Below, piece after piece: positions 59,093 through 64,000 of a stretch of DNA of 64,000 nucleotides; the first letter of the stretch is position 1; each line of letters starts with the position of its first letter. The notes under the pieces were generated by a model. It was not told the origin of the DNA and ran no database searches. It worked only from the letters and a program-made list of their open reading frames with translations. Origin of the DNA: Phoronis australis (lineage: Eukaryota; Animalia; Phoronida); contig NMRA01000366.1 in the NCBI GenBank assembly GCA_002633005.1, forward strand, positions 198,319-262,318. Reading direction: 5' to 3'. Made by a program: the position numbers and the translations under genes.

Positions 59093-60299
59093 ATATTTTG
59101 TCCTGTTTATGGTCTTCGTATAATTACAGTATATTAATGCCTGGGTATGTAGCACAGGGCAGGTAGGATTTTTGACCATTCAGTTTTGTCATATTAATTT
59201 TGTGGCGGGGTGTTGTCTATATGAATGTGCTAATAACAGAATGGTGTGCCAGTAAATGTCCGATCCAACTGAATTGAGGGATTAAATTAGAGTTGGTTGA
59301 AATCTGACTTTTGCTGAAGTGAGGTGCCCTGTACCAGTACGGTACAGTAACTTTGTAGCAGCTAGACATTTCCTTTTTACGTCACTGTGTGTGATTTTAC
59401 TGCGTGATGGTCTTATTTTGAAATAAATATGCTTTGAAACAAATCAGACCTTATCGTTTGAAATGGTTACAGTATCTCAATGTGTTGTTTCTGAGTGAAC
59501 ATTTTTGTTGTCCTCGTTCTGGATGGCCAATCAGATTGAAGTGTGCTTGTTATTGACAGAAAAAAATTCTGCTATTCCACTCATCATGGTCGGATAAAAG
59601 GGGTGCTTAGATTGGTGTAAAATTTAATATTGGTAAAAATTCATAATGCTAACGCGTTTTTAATACTCAAGTTCCGCCCATATACATGTATTACAGCAGT
59701 GTTGTTTTGCAGCACAACTGTTTGAATTGTGAGACCATGTCGTTTCAAACTGTACAAACTACTAGTTCACCACGCTAAGATGAATTACGTACTAGGACAA
59801 GTAATACCACATAGTAATGAATAGAATGAAGCAATTTTTCTTGAGACACCTCAGCTCCTAATAAATGCGATTTATTTTTGAAAAAAAGTCTGCATATTGA
59901 TGTAATTATTATTCCTTGGTATAATCTGAAGTAGACAATGCTTTCGGGAAATTGGGTCTGTGCAAATGTACATTTCGAGCTCCAGCGGCTTCACCCGCCC
60001 AAGGAATGATGTTTACAGGCACACGCGGGTAACCGATGTATATGTGCGTTTCTTACCAACTAGTAGGCCTACAGGGTATTTTTGGTGTCTTGTGCATTCT
60101 TATTTCTTCATTGAAATATTTAATGTTAACATATCAGTTTCTATAACGCTATCGTTTTTTGCAACATTTTGCTCCCAACTTGTATTCAAACTGGCCTTTG
60201 CCCTCGATTCCCATCAAGTAAAGTTTCATTGGCCAACTCCTGCATACAATGACACGACTTTACGCGCACGCATACTGATGTTTGTATGCGCATCGATTT

Positions 60300-60510
60300 C
60301 ATGCGCGCACCCAGTCTAAACTATAGTGGGGCTCGAATTTACCGGTATGTGGACATTTTAATGAAAACACGGGGAATAAACAAAAAACGGTGTTCAGACC
60401 TATAAATTATGCATTTACGCCGAATTTCTGTGTCCTTTTGTCTCGTTTCCTCGGACTTTTTCTTTCTCTTAGGTTGGCTTGTTTGTCCACTTCGCCAAAT
60501 GGCGGGGGTT
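60300..60510 (+). mobile_element. MITE family A, diverged copy 3
   Basis: Starts CATGCGCGCACCCAG and retains GTGGAC, CGGACTTTTT and CCACTTCGCC blocks. It is immediately followed by a Helentron copy. Confidence 0.65.
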
Positions 60511-60519
60511 TCTATTCAA

Positions 60520-62272
60520 TTTTTATGCGCCCACATATTTATATGTGGACGCATTATGCCGTCATCTCTGTCCGTCCGTCCGTCCGTCCGTCCGTCCGTC
60601 CGTCCGTCCGTCCGTCCGGGCGGCGTCCGTCCGGCGTCTGGCGTCCGGCGTCCGCTGCTCTATCTCCAAAACCCTTTGACATACGTTCATGAAATTTGGC
60701 GCATATGTTCCATTCATGAATGGGACGGCATGTGCGAACTTTTGGACGGATCCGACTACCGGTGTGCCCCCTAGTGGCAATTTTAGTTTGCTTACCTTTG
60801 TATCTTCAAAAGTCCTGAACGGATTTTCATGAAATTTGGTATGTAGGCACCTAGTAGTGAGATGACGCTATCCTGCCGTTTTCGGATGGATTCGACATAG
60901 TTTGCGCCACCTAGTGGCCATTTTTACTGTTTTCGAGTCTGTTTTTGTGCTTCCACCCCTCTATCAACCAAACCGCTCAAAGGATGATTGTGAAAATTGG
61001 CATGTATGTGCTTACTATGTAGAGGACGGTTGACGATGNNNNNNNNNNNNNNNNNNNNNNNNNNNNNNNNNNNNNNNNNNNNNNNNNNNNNNNNNNNNNN
61101 NNNNNNNNNNNNNNNNNNNNNNNNNNNNNNNNNNNNNNNNNNNNNNNNNNNNNNNNNNNNNNNNNNNNNNNNNNNNNNNNNNNNNNNNNNNNNNNNNNNN
61201 NNNNNNNNNNNNNNNNNNNNNNNNNNNNNNNNNNNNNNNNNNNNNNNNNNNNNNNNNNNNNNNNNNNNNNNNNNNNNNNNNNNNNNNNNNNNNNNNNNNN
61301 NNNNNNNNNNNNNNNNNNNNNNNNNNNNNNNNNNNNNNNNNNNNNNNNNNNNNNNNNNNNNNNNNNNNNNNNNNNNNNNNNNNNNNNNNNNNNNNNNNNN
61401 NNNNNNNNNNNNNNNNNNNNNNNNNNNNNNNNNNNNNNNNNNNNNNNNNNNNNNNNNNNNNNNNNNNNNNNNNNNNNNNNNNNNNNNNNNNNNNNNNNNN
61501 NNNNNNNNNNNNNNNNNNNNNNNNNNNNNNNNNNNNNNNNNNNNNNNNNNNNNNNNNNNNNNNNNNNNNNNNNNNNNNNNNNNNNNNNNNNNNNNNNNNN
61601 NNNNNNNNNNNNNNNNNNNNNNNNNNNNNNNNNNNNNNNNNNNNNNNNNNNNNNNNNNNNNNNNNNNNNNNNNNNNNNNNNNNNNNNNNNNNNNNNNNNN
61701 NNNNNNNNNNNNNNNNNNNNNNNNNNNNNNNNNNNNNNNNNNNNNNNNNNNNNNNNNNNNNNNNNNNNNNNNNNNNNNNNNNNNNNNNNNNNNNNNNNNN
61801 NNNNNNNNNNNNNNNNNNNNNNNNNNNNNNNNNNNNNNNNNNNNNNNNNNNNNNNNNNNNNNNNNNNNNNNNNNNNNNNNNNNNNNNNNNNNNNNNNNNN
61901 NNNNNNNNNNNNNNNNNNNNNNNNNNNNNNNNNNNNNNNNNNNNNNNNNNNNNNNNNNNNNNNNNNNNNNNNNNNNNNNNNNNNNNNNNNNNNNNNNNNN
62001 NNNNNNNNNNNNNNNNNNNNNNNNNNNNNNAAATTTGTTTTTAATTCTATGTTTCTGTGGTGCTTTAAGCAACTGGTGTATAGGATGTGCTTGTATTATG
62101 AAGATTACTCACATTTTGCCCCTAGCCTATTGAGGAGACAATGACCATGCCTTTCCATTTTGCAAAGTATGCCCTCTACTGGCCACTTTATGGTACCAAT
62201 AAACAACCCTAGAAGGATACCGTATGCGGTGCAATTGTGGGCGCATTTCAACGCTCCGCGTTGCTCTTGTTT
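60520..62272 (+). mobile_element. HINE copy 8 (contains N gap 61039-62030)
   Basis: Both ends present; expanded (GTCC)n; nearly identical to copies 1 and 3. Confidence 0.85.
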
Positions 62273-63786
62273 CTACTTACATGTAGTGTTCAAGTGTTTC
62301 ACACGAACGCATGCCTCAGATCTTTTCTTTAGAATAAATCAAGTGGCGGCGGCGGAGTCAAGGAATTTTTAGACCCTGACAAAAACCTGGAAATGCAGCG
62401 ATGTAATGGCGCGCCGGAGAGCGGTCCCTTGACAACTGATCGTTTTGTCGGTTTATAAACAACTCATGAAATATATGTTCTGTTCAATTATAACGACGAA
62501 AAAGGTTAATCACTGTATAGTAGCACGTAGTGTGACGGAAATATTTCTAAACTTTACACATTTCAATGATTGTCTTTTCGACTGAGCCGGCAAAACTCCC
62601 CAGACACAAGCAGACTCCGTGAGAATTTCAGCCAAAGCATTAGGAATTAATTTGTGTCTTTGCAACGGCTTATAGTGTATATGACCGTTTAAGCAATGTG
62701 TTGGTCGCAGGTTTACATTGCTTTTTGACACCAATATTTGAAAACCTCGTTAGTATTAAAAATTTCAAATTTTGTTCTGAAAATTTTCCGACATCCACAA
62801 GGCCACCGTGCTTTTGTTTACATAGCGTTCATCATCAATATGGCGGACTGCGAGTAGTCACGCATTATCTATCATGACCGGGACCTCGCTAAAAAGCAAG
62901 ACTTCGCGAGATTACGTGAGATATCGCCGTCTGTTTCAAATGAGAACACGTGACTTTGACTAGGTTATAGCTAGGTCCTAGCGTAGGTCCTAGCGTCTAC
63001 TGAACGCACGCCGGTTATTCATTATCTGGCAGGGGTCAGTACCCCACCACTGAAATTGTCTGACATATATCTAGTGCACCGCGTGGAGGGATGCTTGATG
63101 TTCGATGTGGGTGGTTTAATTCAACCGGTTACCTGGTGGGTAACTCAACTTGGGAGATTTGAGCGTGTCTGACGAAGATAATCCGCCACTCTATTTGTGT
63201 GGCAGCTAGTGTTCATTCATGACACTAATTGGTCTATCACGATTAATTTGCAGCCAGTTTCACGTGGTTACCTATTATGTAATTGGTCCAGCTCAATTTT
63301 GGGAAACCATTATTCTTTATCTGCCATAGGTACCCCACTACTGAAATTGTACTGGCAGTGGAAAATTTTGATACAGCATGAGTAATAGGTGTCGCAGAGT
63401 ATTTTAAGTGGTTACCAGAAAAGTTGACCTAATTTAATGTTGAGTGTCATTATTGGCCCCCTGATCACACCCACTAGAGCGAACCTGCCAGAGGGCCATT
63501 TGTGGTATCGAAGAAAATGGGGCTATTCGGAGAATTCTCCTCGCGGTGTCGCTGCTGTACTAGTGGTGATTGAATTGCGCATGCGTGGCTGTCTGCATGT
63601 AAACAACTGGTAAAAGATGCAATTTTTATCAAAATACGTCGTCGCGCTAAGCCTTATTACTGCTAATTTCCTTGGTACAAGTCTTCGACAGGTGGCCACA
63701 AATTTCCAAAAGACCTAAGGTTACTATATTCGTCGACAATTGCGGTCAACAGGGTCAACTAACTGACAAAAAGTGTGTGGATGCTG

Positions 63787-64000
63787 TAGGCAATGACCAT
63801 CGCCTCTGTTGGCCCGAACCAGAGGCGATGTAGAGGCTATAGGCGCTCTGTACGCCGGAAGTTTTTCGGCGAATTATGCCTCGCACCGACTAAACCATCA
63901 AAGTCACGTTGTTATAAATACCCTTTGCGCATAGAGGAACACCTTAGGAGGTTGTCGATGTGATTAATTCCTTCCAACTCGAACAAATACTCCCGTTATG
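63787..64000 (-). mobile_element. Repeat family B, copy 4 (runs off window)
   Basis: Terminus TAGGCAATGACCATCGCCTCT, then AATTATGCCTC, TTTGCGCATAG and CTTAGGAGG blocks. Confidence 0.7.

Noticed and set aside
60924-62133. ~380-aa ORFs
   Set aside because: Artefacts of the N gap at 61039-62030.

Overview
This is a eukaryotic animal window with spliceosomal introns, probably from a marine bilaterian invertebrate (lophotrochozoan-like; this is an inference). Two host genes are well supported. The first is a forkhead transcription factor of the FoxAB class with a single coding exon (15552-16526, +). The second is a 9-exon mitochondrial t6A threonylcarbamoyltransferase, OSGEPL1/Qri7 (39888-53907, +, 455 aa as assembled by hand). 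The rest is non-coding DNA with many transposon relics: an internally deleted Kolobok-like element (TTAA TSD), an internally deleted ISL2EU-like element (AT TSD, intact THAP ORF plus broken SWIM ORF), a Penelope fragment, a tRNA-derived SINE, several MITEs, many minisatellites, and eight same-strand copies or fragments of a Helentron-type non-autonomous element. Three observations stand out. (1) The Helentron's internal satellite carries a CTCF-consensus motif once every ~140-157 bp in a three-monomer higher-order repeat. (2) A spliced Spindlin/Tudor-like module, missed by the ORF track, lies on the minus strand at 33287-33774. (3) A 64-bp tandem repeat has quadruplicated the OSGEPL1 exon 6 splice acceptor, and the two upstream decoys read AG|GT like recursive-splicing sites. 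All calls were made by eye; no searches were run.
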